Shown: piece by piece, positions 1 through 12,180 of the stretch
Position numbering within the stretch: the stretch's first letter is position 1
Layout: each line of letters begins with the position of its first letter
Assembly (NCBI GenBank): GCA_030141605.1
Contig: JAQGDQ010000316.1
Span: 186,001-250,000, forward strand
Source: Tubiluchus corallicola
Lineage: Eukaryota; Animalia; Priapulida
Reading direction: 5' to 3'
Length of the DNA: 64,000 nt
Position numbers and translations under genes: made by a program
The notes under the pieces: generated by a model
Database searches by the model: none
Seen by the model: the letters and a program-made list of their open reading frames with translations, nothing else
What the model was told of the DNA's origin: nothing

Positions 1-2
1 TC

Positions 3-2222
3 ACTTCCAAGCTTACTCAGCAGTTGGAAGAACAGCTTGGGGTCAAAGGTATCTATACTTCTGCTTATGCCCCTTCAACCAATGGTCTTGTTGAACGATA
101 CAATTCCACACTCAAAGCCTCTATCAGAAAACTTATTCAAGATCATCCCCACCTTCCTTGGGATTTGGCTATTCCATTCGTTCTGTTTGCCTATCGTGAA
201 GTTCCCCAGGAGTCTACTCATTACTCCCCCAATGAATTAGTTTTTGGTTACCCACTTCGGGGCCCTTTAGCTATGTTGAAAGAGCGGTGGGGCTGTGAGA
301 AACTACCTGAGCTGGAAGACGTGGATGACTATGTCTCCCGTATCATAAACACATTGGATGAAACCTTAGAGGATGCACACAATTCTCTTAGGAGGGCTAA
401 ACTTGCTCAAAAATCTTGGTTTGATCGTGTATCTAAGCAACGTAGTTTCAATATTGGTGATAAAGTCCTTGTTCAACGGATGAAAAAGGGTAGTAAGATG
501 GCAACTACATGGCGTGGTCCATACCCCATAGTTGACAAACTCTCTGAATGCACTTATCGAGTCAAGCTAGGTAAGCCTGGAAGTAGGAGAAGCTTAAGTA
601 CGTTTCATGCTAACAGACTTAAAGCTTACATTGATAGAGAAGAAGAACTTGTTCTTATGGCTCTACACAATGAAGACAGGGATGATGCTTCTATTAACTG
701 GCAAGAAGTTGAAGAGACTTGTAACAAGATAGGTTCTGGCAAAACCGAAGCTTGTGATCTTCCAGAGTATGCATTTTTCCCAACTGCAGTTGCCACACAA
801 TCTGTGGAGGATGTCGAATTGCCTGACTATTTATCTGAGGAAGCTAAGGAACAAATGAGGAACATATTCCATTCATACCCCCAGATGTTTACCGATCTTC
901 CCGGCAGAACAAAATTGGTTCAACATTACATTAACCTTCATGACAAGACCCCTGTCCAACAGCATTCTTATCGAGTACCGCAAGCTCGTTTAGATATTAT
1001 CCGTAAAGAAATCAAAGATATGTTAGATTTGGGTGTCATTCGTCGTTCGGATTCCGAGTATTCATCTCCAATGCTAGTTGTTCCCAAGCCTCCTATGGAT
1101 GGCGTTAGCCAGTGGCGTCCATGTGTTGACTACAGAGCCTTGAACAAGAGAACAATATTTTCACCTTATCCAACACCACGTCCAGACGACATGATTGATG
1201 ATCTTCATGGCGCAAAGTGGATATCAACTCTAGATTTGTCAAAAGCCTATTGGCAAATTGAATTGGCCCCGGAATCTCAGCCTGTTTCAGCCTTTGTTAC
1301 TAATTTCGGTAAATTTGAGTTTACTGTTATGCCTTTTGGGTTAATGAATGCTGCAGCCTCGGCTCAGTCTCTTATTGACCGCATATTAGATCCGGTTTCA
1401 TATTGTTCTAGTGGGTATATTGATGATGTTATCATTAAATCTCCAAACTGGACTGATCATTTAAAGCATGTTGATTACACACTTTACAACATTCGCAAGG
1501 CTGGAGTGACAGTTAAACCTAAAAAATGTCATTTTGCACAACAGGAAGTCGAATTCCTGGGATATGTAGTGGGGAAAAATAGACTTAAACCACAATTATC
1601 CAAAGTGGAACGGATACGTCAATTTTTGCGCCCACAGACAAAAACGCAGGTGCGCAGGTTTTTGGGTATGGTCAGTTTTTATAGGCGTTTTATCCCCCAT
1701 TTTAGTAGCATCGCGGCGCCTCTCCATGCTCTTACTGAAAAGTATGCCCCGGTCCAAGTTGAGTGGACTGAGGCCACTGAAAGTAGCTTTCGTCAGCTTC
1801 AAGATGCATTATCTTCCGAGTCCGTACTCCATTCACCAGACTTTACTAAGCCCTTTTACCTAACCACTGATGCTAGCTTTATCGGTTTAGGGGCTGTTCT
1901 GTCTCAAGATAAGGGAGACGGGTTAGCTGAAGTGCCAATAACATATATTAGTCGCAAGTTGACTCAGCCAGAGACTAGGTACTCTGTGGTGGAGCTTGAA
2001 TGTTTGAGTGTAGTGTTCAGTGTTGAGAAACTAAGATACTACTTGGAAGGTCGACATTTTACTGTTCGTACTGATCAGTGCAGTTTGCTTGCTTTGGATA
2101 AAATGAAAACGAAAAATCGTAGATTATGCCACTGGGCACTTAAATTAAGTGAATACGCATTTGATATAGAACATGTCCCTGGTTGTGAAAACAGAGTGGC
2201 GGATGCTCTGTCGCGTTTGTGA
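3..2222 (+). CDS. pol: Pol polyprotein C-terminal part: integrase core end + GPY/F motif, reverse transcriptase, RNase H
   Basis: Frame is open from the window edge. Integrase: TSAYAPSTNGLVERYN, LFAYR, WRGPY. RT: CVDYRALN, LDLSKAYWQI, MPFGLMNA, YIDD. RNase H: TDAS..GLGAVL, ELECL, TDQ, ADALSR. No internal stops. Confidence 0.95.
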   Translation, partial: TSKLTQQLEEQLGVKGIYTSAYAPSTNGLVERYNSTLKASIRKLIQDHPHLPWDLAIPFVLFAYREVPQESTHYSPNELVFGYPLRGPLAMLKERWGCEKLPELEDVDDYVSRIINTLDETLEDAHNSLRRAKLAQKSWFDRVSKQRSFNIGDKVLVQRMKKGSKMATTWRGPYPIVDKLSECTYRVKLGKPGSRRSLSTFHANRLKAYIDREEELVLMALHNEDRDDASINWQEVEETCNKIGSGKTEACDLPEYAFFPTAVATQSVEDVELPDYLSEEAKEQMRNIFHSYPQMFTDLPGRTKLVQHYINLHDKTPVQQHSYRVPQARLDIIRKEIKDMLDLGVIRRSDSEYSSPMLVVPKPPMDGVSQWRPCVDYRALNKRTIFSPYPTPRPDDMIDDLHGAKWISTLDLSKAYWQIELAPESQPVSAFVTNFGKFEFTVMPFGLMNAAASAQSLIDRILDPVSYCSSGYIDDVIIKSPNWTDHLKHVDYTLYNIRKAGVTVKPKKCHFAQQEVEFLGYVVGKNRLKPQLSKVERIRQFLRPQTKTQVRRFLGMVSFYRRFIPHFSSIAAPLHALTEKYAPVQVEWTEATESSFRQLQDALSSESVLHSPDFTKPFYLTTDASFIGLGAVLSQDKGDGLAEVPITYISRKLTQPETRYSVVELECLSVVFSVEKLRYYLEGRHFTVRTDQCSLLALDKMKTKNRRLCHWALKLSEYAFDIEHVPGCENRVADALSRL

Positions 2223-3145
2223 TTCGAAAATGGAGAACGTTTTTTTTTCCTTTCCTAGATCGCATAATATCTGATAGTCTTGCTTTTAGCGTTAAACATT
2301 GATTTTTGGCGCACATTGAGTCACTTGACATTTTCACGATTTATATATTGATGTAATTGAATTCTTGTAGTAGTGATGTATATAGATGCTTTTGTTGATG
2401 TTTATTGTTGCTAATTCTAGCTGCACTGACGAATATGAAAATTATTTGTATTACTGTGTAGTCATTAGGTAGGTGAGAGTTTTTCTCTTACTTTATTGTT
2501 ACCAAATACAAATTACTCTTCACAATTTGCTCTTATCGTAGTCACCCTTTCTTGTATTCATATGGAAGGACGTTGAGCGATGTTTGGTTACAATTCTTGT
2601 TGTTTGTGAGACGACATTGTTATTGTTAATCATAGCTAGGATTTCCTGCTTTGAGGACATATCCATGTTTGAGTTGAAGCCCAGTGTGATCATTGAGCAC
2701 TCACACTGTTAAAATCTGCTAGCAGTGTATTTTTAGTACCATGTACATTTAACCTTTAATGTGATTCATATAACCATTTTAGGGTATCTTCTTTCGGCTT
2801 CTCTCAGGAGAATTTTGTGAACTGTGTTTGTGCAAGTACTTAACTTTGGTGACGTTCTTTTGAGTTATATTGTAATTTTGTAATGCAATGATTGACATTA
2901 CCATTACCAATTCTTTTCATATTGGTTCAATGACCTGTCAGTTGCAATTTTTTTTGTTTCTTTTTGTGTGTGCTATTGTATATACTTTTAATAGTAATAG
3001 AGATTTGTGACCCCTGTTCCAATATAGTAGTTAGGATCTGTGGCATTGTGTCCATGATGTATGTATGTTGTACCAAAATGCACTCCAGATACTTTTAATA
3101 CGTCCATTGGTTAAGAGTGTTACCACACTCTTGGGGGAGGGCTTC

Positions 3146-4327
3146 TGTGACGTCACAGACGTCCTCGTCCGTATTAAAATTATGCTAAAGTTCATTTTGT
3201 ACTCCAAATAAAATATTCATTTCTGTTTTATGTTTGGGTTGGTTTTCTGCCCATCCTTTAATACCTCTCCCCTTTTCCCTGTTTGATGGCGATCTTCCTG
3301 TCACATGTCTTGAATGGTTACAGGATAATTTTCGCGCTCCTGGAAAAGCATTGAACCGTGATTTTTCCTTATTGCCGCCATTACGGGTTTTTAAGCTGCG
3401 TTGGAAGCACACGTTTTGTGGCAGCAAGTTTGAGATCTCATAACTTTTGAGATCTCATAGTGAGTTCGCTAGTTTTGGTGTTCTCAGTGTAATCAAATTT
3501 CTCTGAGAGGAAACCAGACGGTTCCTAGGCAGTGTTACTAGTATGCAGGAAACTTCGTCGTGTTCGTAATCTGGCCACGTAGATCATGACGGTTGTTGGG
3601 TGGAGTTTGGAACTGCCTAAGGAGGTTGCCTAGTTGAAGACGGGGAACGAGGAACTTTTCTCCTTTCCTCCGTCATTTGCTGACTCCTACAGTATAGGAG
3701 TAAACGGAGACGTTTCGAGACCCTGGATCCTTGTTTCTAACACTCTGGTGGTGGAGTCTGCAATGCGTGAGCCCCAGCAGTGTGGTTTCTTGATTCTTGA
3801 GATGTGATCCTGGATAACTGGACCCACGGTATCACGACCTGAGGCTAGCCCATTGGTACAGCTGCAGCGACAATGGAACTCTTCGGTAATTATCCTCTCC
3901 TCTCTTCCTATTATACCTGGGATGGGGTTTACTGAATTCTTTCGTTATATGTATGTATGTAAGTGATTTGTAGAAATATTATTTTTGAAATTACCACTAA
4001 ATAATTTTTACACGTTTTTTTATAAAAAAAAGCAATAACGTTTGTTTGTCCTCCTGTTCGTCCTCGTCATTTCTAAGTACAAATTATAATGGCCTAAAAT
4101 AGCATCAGTTTTAATCAAACTACTAGGACCCTCGGTAAAAAAAGTCTGGATAAAAACCCCTTGCCTTAAAAAATTAGTATTAAAAATTGTTTTTATCCAC
4201 ATGTGATGAACTCTGGCGTGCTCGGATAAAGTAAAAGACAACCCCTATTTCGCATTCCTGACAAAACTATTTATTCTTTTATACAATACACCATAGAGAG
4301 TCAAAAATGGTGCCAGTGGTCGTCACA
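3146..4327 (+). repeat. 3' LTR (~1.18 kb) of the Gmr1-like element
   Basis: Begins 4 bp after the PPT with TG and ends with CA. 7-bp terminal inverted repeats TGTGACG/CGTCACA. The 5' LTR is outside the window, so the boundaries cannot be checked by LTR-LTR comparison. Confidence 0.8.
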
Positions 4328-4381
4328 ATAGTCATTTTGTATGAAATTTTGATTGTTAATTACATATTGAATTTACTGTAG

Positions 4382-4726
4382 AGTCAGAAAATTTTGAAAT
4401 TGAACAGCAAGTGGTTCAACAAATTCGACAAATGTGGATACATGGACTTTATAGTGACTCTACTCTTGAAAAAATATCCTTTTGCCACATGCCTATTGTG
4501 CAGCAGAGAATTGCATCATGGCCAGATCTTGGAATAAACCATTCCAGTCCAGGAAGGATAGATTCTGGAAAGTTCAGTTCTACTTTAAGCAAACAAGATG
4601 ATTCAACGAAAAAGTGTTACAACGTAGTACTGGGTATAAAAGATGTGCAGCCATCAGATCTGAAAGATTATATGCTAACTGCTGATACAACAGAAGGAAC
4701 AGTTGAATACGTCATATCAGTACAAA
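4382..4726 (+). CDS. Ig-superfamily cell-surface protein, Ig exon A (Fasciclin-III-like domain); upstream exons outside window
   Basis: ctgtag| acceptor and |gtatgt donor, phase 1-1. Translation ISFCHMP..ASW..GKFSS..KCYNVVLGIKDVQPSDLKDYML. Confidence 0.8.
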
Positions 4727-5695
4727 GTATGTAACTAACATATTCTTGTATATTTATCACATACTATATGATTTGACTTTGTTTGATTCCGTAATTTCTG
4801 TTCCATTTCGGTGTTTCATACCCTAATTTATTTTGCACATACCTCACCAAGGCCTCGCTGAGTTTCCACCCAGCTTTTGTCTATAATTGTATTCTATTCA
4901 AAAAACAATTTAGGCTAGAAAAAACATTTTCAAATGTTAAAAACCTCGAATTTGTGAGCACAAGCTACTACAAGCAAATGGAAACCATACAGTCTGTGGT
5001 TATAAAACTCTTTCACGTTGTACTTTATCAAACCAGCCTACGCCTGTTACACTTTTAACGTGGAACAAAATTAGGTTTCAATACAGGCATTTTAGCAAAT
5101 TTGGTTGTATGTAAGGCAACACATTGTGGTTCTAGACAAACACAGATATGTAGTGAAATGCTGTAAGTATGGGCGAGTGATACTGCAACCATGGAACACA
5201 GAGAAATGATATGTGTGCTTACCACATAATGTATAATGTATACTGCATATAAAATGGCTTAAAGTGTCATTGCAGTGCTTCTGGCATAAACCTGCATCTA
5301 CCACATCATATACAATCCAAATCACGCTATAGCGTTCGAAATAGGTTACTATTGCACACTGGCAATAGTATTATAATTGCTATTATAAATAGACTTGTCC
5401 AATCTTGCATTTTTGCGAAATGGAACGAATTATTGCATAATTATGTAAATAATTATTAGAAGCACTTTTATTTTACATTTATTATGTAAAATAATTATGC
5501 CTATAAAATAAACAAGCTTTTAAATTTATCTCGTTTTAATTTACTAACGCTGTATACATAAAAACTTTGTAATTTTTATTTCATTGTATTACGTTCATTT
5601 TAGTACTGTATTTGCAGGTTATATGGTTTTAGTTCCGAAATAAAAAATTGAATTTTGAATTTGAATATAGTGTTGGTTATGTTTCTTCTTAAAAG

Positions 5696-6025
5696 GTCCT
5701 CCAGCCATAAAGCCTGGAACGAAGTCAATGTATAAAGTGGAAATGCTATCGAATGTTGAAGTAAATTTCTCTTTCTGTTGTCGGCCGAAGTACAAGAATG
5801 CCAGTTGGACTTGGGGTGCAGAAGGAGACAGTATTATTCACCTTTCTCCTTTAGAACCAACTGCAAACAGTGGAGGTCGTATAACTGCCAGCACTGAGAG
5901 TCAACCAAATGGCAATTGCTACAGCGCCACCTTGAAGATAGACCGCGTGATGCATGACAATTTTGGGAAATACACGTTTGCCATTAACAACGGAGGAAAA
6001 CTCAAAAGTTTTGATGTCACCGTTG
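5696..6025 (+). CDS. Ig-superfamily protein, Ig exon B (Fasciclin-III-like domain)
   Basis: aaaag| acceptor and |gtacgt donor, phase 1-1. Translation FSFCCRPK..SWTW..GRITA..NCYSATLKIDRVMHDNFGKYTFAINNG. Confidence 0.82.
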
Positions 6026-6237
6026 GTACGTTTTGTTTTCCGTAAACATTCACGTCTTACTGACATTATAATATCCTGTTTTTCAAGTTTTTGCTATTCA
6101 TCAATAGATTAGAAGTGATAAAAACTTTCTGGGGTATTTGACGCGTGTGGGAATGGCAGGTGATGTTATCCACAGATCGGTAGGTACAGCATGCATTTGG
6201 AATTTCACAAGACCAGCAGAATGCGCTGCATACTGTA

Positions 6238-6313
6238 CGTTTTAAAATGTATCATCTACAGCATGTTTTAAAATGTATCATCTACAGCATGTTTTAAAAT
6301 GTATCATCTACAG
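6238..6313. repeat. Short tandem repeat, ~26-bp unit x3
   Basis: gttttaaaatgtatcatctacagcat repeated three times. Confidence 0.85.
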
Positions 6314-7260
6314 CCTTCCATTGTGGACATCCTGTTGCCACAATGGCTCGAATGTTTGTGATGTCCGCGTTTATGTCAAAAAATGCTTCACCCGTCTCAT
6401 TGCACTAAATTAGGGTCATTGTTTCTTTTCGCTTTGCTTTATTGCCTACTTTGTAAAAGTGTCTTCTTCCCCTTTGGTTTTGACCTTTTAGTCTTTTTGA
6501 GATTAACCAGTCTTCGTTGTCTGTTTCTTTTCCTATTGTTGAAGACTGGAATTTGGGTTACGAATGTAATTTTCAGTGATAAACAATACCTGCATATAAA
6601 TGATACGAACTGTGAAATGTAAGCAACTTTAAAACATCATTATTTCTGATGCCAGGAGCAATTAAAAGGTGATGAAGATAAGACATTTATTTTTGCTTCT
6701 ACACCAAAAACGTCTATAAGTAGGGAATTAAGCTTTTTTCTCCATATGAATCTCCATTTCATGAGGATCATTTTGATACGAAGCTCATTGTTCTTCGTTA
6801 TTTCTAAGCTGAGATAATCTACGTTGAAATTGAGGTACAGGCTATGCAGTGAAAAAGATAATCTTGAGAAAATCACTGTTAAAGTCAGTCATTCTTTTTG
6901 TCGTGTTTCTACAAAACACTTAGCAACCGCACAAATGTTGGTTGCTGCAGATAGCACATTTAAAGTAATGTTTAAATCCAGTAGATGGCTCTTCCTGACA
7001 AATATTTGGTCTTGTCAACAAAAAAAAAGAATTAAAATGACTGCTTGCACGAGCTACTATTGGCGTTTGAAAATACAATTTTCTTGACAATTGCATTACT
7101 AGTTTCTAGACAGAAAAGTGGGTAAGGAGTTGTAAAATTAGATTTTTAGTATTTTTGGACATTTTCCTGACAATTTGATACTACGCTTGTGGACAGTTTT
7201 ACTTTGCAAGCACACCTATTGTGTTTTTAAATATGCACTTTATACTTCTTGTATCGTTCA

Positions 7261-7980
7261 TAAATATGTAAACCTTTGTTTATTAGTATTTCAATGAAAT
7301 GATGATAATATTTGCAAACTTGTGATTGGCCAGACTTTGCGAGTACGGTACACTTATAGTACATAAATATGTAAGCGTTTGTTTATTAGTATTTCAATGA
7401 AATGATGATAATATTTGCAAACTTGTGATTGACCAGACTTTGCGAGTACGGTACACATAGAGTAGATAAATATGTAAGGCTTTGTTTATTAGTATTTCAA
7501 TGAAATGATGATAATATTTGCAAACTTGTGATTGACCAGACCTTGCGAGTACGGTACACATAGAGTAGATAAATATGTAAGGCTTTGTTTATTAGTATTT
7601 CAGTGAAATGATGATAATATTTGCTAACTTGTGATTGACCAGACTTTGCGAGTACGGTACACATAGAGTAGATAAATATGTAAGGCTTTGTTTATTAGTA
7701 TTTCAATGAAATGATGATAATATTTGCAAACTTGTGATTGACCAGACTTTGCGAGTACGGTACACATAGAGTAGATAAATATGTAAGGCTTTGTTTATTA
7801 GTATTTCAATGAAATGATGATAATATTTGCAAACTTGTGATTGACCAGACCTTGCAAGTACGGTACACATAGAGTAGATAAATATGTAAGCGTTTGTTTA
7901 TTAGTATTTCAATGAAATGATGATAATATTTGCAAACTTGTGATTGACCAGACCTTGCGAGCAAGGTGCACAAAGAGTAG
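7261..7980. repeat. Minisatellite, 103-bp unit x~7
   Basis: taaatatgtaaggctttgtttattagtatttcaatgaaatg... recurs at 7261, 7364, 7467 and onward. The array ends about 25 bp before the TM exon. Confidence 0.92.
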
Positions 7981-8004
7981 AACACGTCAACTTTCTTATT
8001 TCAG

Positions 8005-8094
8005 CTAATTCATACACGTGGTTTTCACTGGGGTTGACAGTTGTGGCTGTTTTGGTTACTGTTGTTGGCATAGTTGTGGCACGAATGCGGAAAC
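8005..8094 (+). CDS. Ig-superfamily protein, transmembrane exon
   Basis: ttcttatttcag| ... |gtaagt, phase 1-1. Translation ANSYTWFSLGLTVVAVLVTVVGIVVARMRK: hydrophobic helix plus basic stop-transfer residues. Confidence 0.82.
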
Positions 8095-9676
8095 GTAAGT
8101 AGACCGAAGACCTCTTCAAAATTACAGGTCTGCAAGGCACGTGACTTGCATGCGTCACAACCCAGCTGTTCGCCATTTTTTTTTCGTTTATAACGATTTC
8201 TTTATTTGCGTTCTAATCACTGTGTTCACTACTAAATGACGCTAACCTTATCTAAAAACCTAGTTATTATTTTCTCCATGTCTTATGTAAATAATTTATT
8301 ATTATACAGCATTGGGTTTTGGCTATACTTATAGCAATAATAACATTTTGCGCATGGTATATAAGCAAGCTCAAGAAATACATAGAATAGATAAGGAATA
8401 GATAACAGGCTGAGCATTAAATAGAAAAATTGTTTAAGCTGTCATGTACGTTATTTTTCACAATTTTTACTTTTTTCTAGTTTTTATACACTACGAATGT
8501 CAAACAAGTCATTCTGAACATCACTAACACAAAAGATTTCAAGTTTTCAAAAGATTTTTTAAGAAAAAATGCACTGCTTAATAACAAAACATTACAATAA
8601 TTTTGTTTGGGCTTTCAAAACCAAATTTGAAGCTAGATTAAATTCTGCTCTTTCTTCCCTCTTTATTTGCCAAACCATCATTCCATCTAAACAAAACCAT
8701 AAACAAATGACAAAAAATAAATAACACTAGCCAAAAGTCAATTTTACATAATTCAGAGTTTTATACTGCACCGTTGCATTAATCAATAAATAGCTGTCAT
8801 CTTAAAGTAAATTTAAATTTTATAAAGTAATTAGAGCATATACGTACGTTGCTAGCCCCAAATCATAAGCAATTGCAACAGATAACGACAACATCTTATC
8901 AACCCACAATGTCACGTTCTCACTTAACACGCCTCTGACACAGATCAAACTGATCACGTGACCAGACCAAAAATCACCACTAGATGGCGAAAGCTAACAA
9001 CAAGCGAAGGCCGCAAAGCACGCCAATGCAAGATTTCCAGTACAATTTTTTTATATTATTAAATTACTGATGAATTACTGAATGTTTCAAGTATTAAAAT
9101 ATTTAATAGGGAAAAACAGCATAATAGCGAAGCACAGGGGCTACGAGAATATTTTCTGCCTTTAAAATTAATAAAATTTTAAAACTGACAGTTATTTGAT
9201 CTGTTAATAGTTATTTTGATTAAACCAATAACAATAGACTAAAAAGGGTGATAAAATGGCAAACTAGAAAATCTACGTAGCACAAAAAACTGCACAAGGT
9301 ACAGTAGTTTAGAGACGACTTTGTACAGATCAGCATAGCGTACATACTAAATGTCTTAAATACATTAAAAAATTATCAGCAGTTGCAAAATGAAGCACAT
9401 TTTTTGCTTTTGTTGTGTTTTTAAAAAAGTTTTTCTTATTAAAAAATAATTTGGGACTGAAAGGGTTAATAGGGAAAAACAGTATAATAGCGAAGCACAG
9501 GGATGGCTCGTAGCTAAAATTAGTCAGGGTGCTGCTTCAGAGAGTTTCTAGCCATTGCTTTAATACTGAATGAAACGTAACAAACGTCACGTAATTTTAT
9601 TGTTGCGTATATCACTAAATCAACGAGGGATGCGGTTATCGCTACGTTAAATTTTGACTTTATTGTAATGTTGCAG

Positions 9677-9732
9677 GCAGCCGACAGCGCTCAGAGGTAG
9701 ACGCCACATCTGACAGGGTCAGTTCTTCATGA
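9677..9732 (+). CDS. Ig-superfamily protein, probable last coding exon (short cytoplasmic tail)
   Basis: ttgcag| acceptor, phase-compatible: RSRQRSEVDATSDRVSSS* (TGA 9730-9732). AATAAA signals occur downstream at about 10354 and 10443. Confidence 0.6.
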
Positions 9733-10863
9733 AAACAGACATCGTACAAGATTGAATGAAAATTTGACAACTATGTTTTATTAACTGTATTTTAACCAGT
9801 CCACGACTGGGACTATTATGCCAGGATCTTTACTATTTTTAGTTATTTTGTATTCTAAAAGAGGACAACAGTTAAAAACAATGAGGCAATTAACTTGGCT
9901 TTACTACGTTATCAAGCAATTGGAATAGGAATAATAATTATTCCAGGCTCAATGTCATAATGGCTTTTTGCATTTATTTTGTAAACACTCTGTTTTCTCT
10001 GATTCTCTCTTCTTTTTGTGGCTTATAAATCTGTAGTATTTTTGTTTCTGTTTACGAAAGATCTGTTTTGAAATTCAGATGTAAGATAAATTCCCATTCT
10101 AAGTGTCATTTAACATTGCTTCTGTTAGATTTTCCAAAGAATTTTAATTGCATTACGACAATCACCTCTAAATGAGATAAGAAAAAACTTAGTTCTTAAA
10201 ATTGTTCAACATGGCAGTCGTAAACTACAAGGGTTGTATCATTAAGTTTGGCAATTAATAATTGATACAATTAATGTCAACTTTTGTTTCAATGATCAGA
10301 GATGTTGTTCGAGAATTGCTAACAGTAACATCCCTGATTAATTTTATTGCTTGAATAAACTTTAAAGTGCAAAACTAATACGTTTTTTTCATATTGCATT
10401 GATTATATACTTGCTGATTGTAAGATTTTTATTATCTGCTGAAATAAACAGAATGTAGTTATTGTATAAAAACGTATATGTGTCTAAACTTCTTGGACTA
10501 GTAGATTTTAAAGTCTTGAACGTAACAAACAACCCTGCACACCTCGCAATTGAAGGAGCAAATTTTCTACTGCATATGAAAGTCTATTTTTTGATTATGG
10601 ATGTTATTTCAGAAGTGGAGTGACAGCGTTAGGTATGTAAGAGATACAAATGTCTTGTTTTGGTAAACAATAAATAACTAAGGACAATATACCATTGTTT
10701 TACTGCTGTAAAGCTTCTGTACGTGGTTCATTGCTAGTTATTGGGGTGCAGGAGACAAAAACGAAATATCTTTAACAGTAGATGAAGACGTCAAAATCAA
10801 TTTTATTAAACTTGCTCTTTTGTTTTACTTTTTCTTTGGTAGTAACTTGGGTTTTGTGTGTAG

Positions 10864-11095
10864 AGTGGCGTTTACGTAGCATCCGGATGCGGGCGTGTTG
10901 GAGGGGGTGGGGGTGGTATTGAGATTATGCGGAATAGAAAAAATAGGTTTATATTGTTTTCAATACATCCATTTATGCAGCCTGCGTGTGCATTATTCTT
11001 TTTCTCCAGTTAACAGTGTTAATTTTTATCCGCTGGCTATTCCGCGTAGGGAAAACGCATCCGCATAGGCATCCGGATTCTACATAAACGCCACT
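10864..11095. mobile_element. MITE with ~27-bp TIRs
   Basis: agtggcgtttacgtagcatccggatgc ... gcatccggattctacataaacgccact. Confidence 0.7.
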
Positions 11096-11099
11096 TAAC

Positions 11100-11405
11100 A
11101 CTGATAGACCAAAACGCGTTGTGATTGAGACAGATGTCATTGTTAAGGAACATGTGGGTAGAGCAAAGACAGATGCTGCATCGGTTTAGTAATTTCAGTT
11201 GTTTTGCGAAGACTTTACTTAATTATGCATTAGCCTGTGCGTAGAGTGATTTACTAGGGGGATCTTGGTTGAGAATAAGAAAAAACTGTTACTATATAGC
11301 ATGGGCTAGGCGTTGTCAAGTGTACATATATGAGTTGCCTGGCTTATTCAATCCTTGTTCTTTTCATGATCATCTTTAAGTGCTGGAACTGTGAAAAGGC
11401 TTATT
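11100..11405 (+). mobile_element. MITE family A, partial copy (other copies 17571-17955, 24191-24512, 60961-61358)
   Basis: Shares gtagagtgatttactag, ggcgttgtcaagtgtaca and the terminal ggaactgtgaaaaggctta with the other copies. Confidence 0.72.
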
Positions 11406-11897
11406 AACCATTCAATTCCACTGTTCATCTAAGTCTTATTAACCATTCAATTCCGCTGTTCATCCAAGGCTTATTAACCATTCAATTCCAATGTTCATCT
11501 AAGGCTTATTAATCATTCAATTCCACTGTTCATCCAAGGCTTATTAACCATTCAATTGCACTGTTCATCTAAGGCTTATTAACCATTCAATTCCGCTGTT
11601 CATCCAAGGCTTATTAACCATTCAATTCCAATGTTCATCTAAGGCTTATTAACCATTCAATTCCACTGTTCATCCAAGGCTTATTAACCATTCAATACCA
11701 CTGTTCATCCAAGGCTTATTAACAATTCAATTCCACTGTTCATCCGAGGCTTATTAACCATTCAATTCCACTGTTCATCCAAGGCTTATTAACCATTCAA
11801 TTCCACTGTTCATCCAAGGCTTATTAACCATTCAATTCCACTGTTCATCCCAGGCTTATTAACCATTCAATTCCACTGTTCATCCCAGGGTTATTAA
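11397..11897. repeat. Minisatellite, 35-bp unit x~14
   Basis: aggcttattaaccattcaattccactgttcatcca tandemly repeated. Confidence 0.93.
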
Positions 11898-12180
11898 ATG
11901 TGCATGGTGTGGATTGTGTTTACATGCAGGATTGTTAAAGAAATACAAGCAATTTCAGATCCATCTGTAATAAACAGTTGGTTTCTGAATGAACAAAAAA
12001 AACCGGAAATTGGATTGAAATTCATGCATTTGTTTTGGATTGTGTTGTTACAAAGTTGATTACACCAAGTTAAATGTTTGTTGTTTCCTTTTGATGTGCA
12101 TTTTCTCTGTACAAGTAAGCTATTCTTGTGCAGACTTGTGCTTTAAGTGCCACAAAAATTTGCTTGTAAAAGTTTGCGAT

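Larger units (their letters stand above)
1..4327 (+). mobile_element. Gmr1-like Ty3/Gypsy LTR retrotransposon (3' part: pol, ~900-bp untranslated region, PPT, 3' LTR)
   Basis: pol ORF with Gypsy-type domains in INT-RT-RH order. Polypurine tract GGGGGAGGG at 3133-3141, followed by an LTR bounded by TGTGACG (3146) and CGTCACA (4321-4327). Confidence 0.92.

Noticed and set aside
2223-3130. Possible env or extra ORF between pol and the PPT
   Set aside because: The region is T-rich with stops in all frames, and the track shows no substantial ORF.
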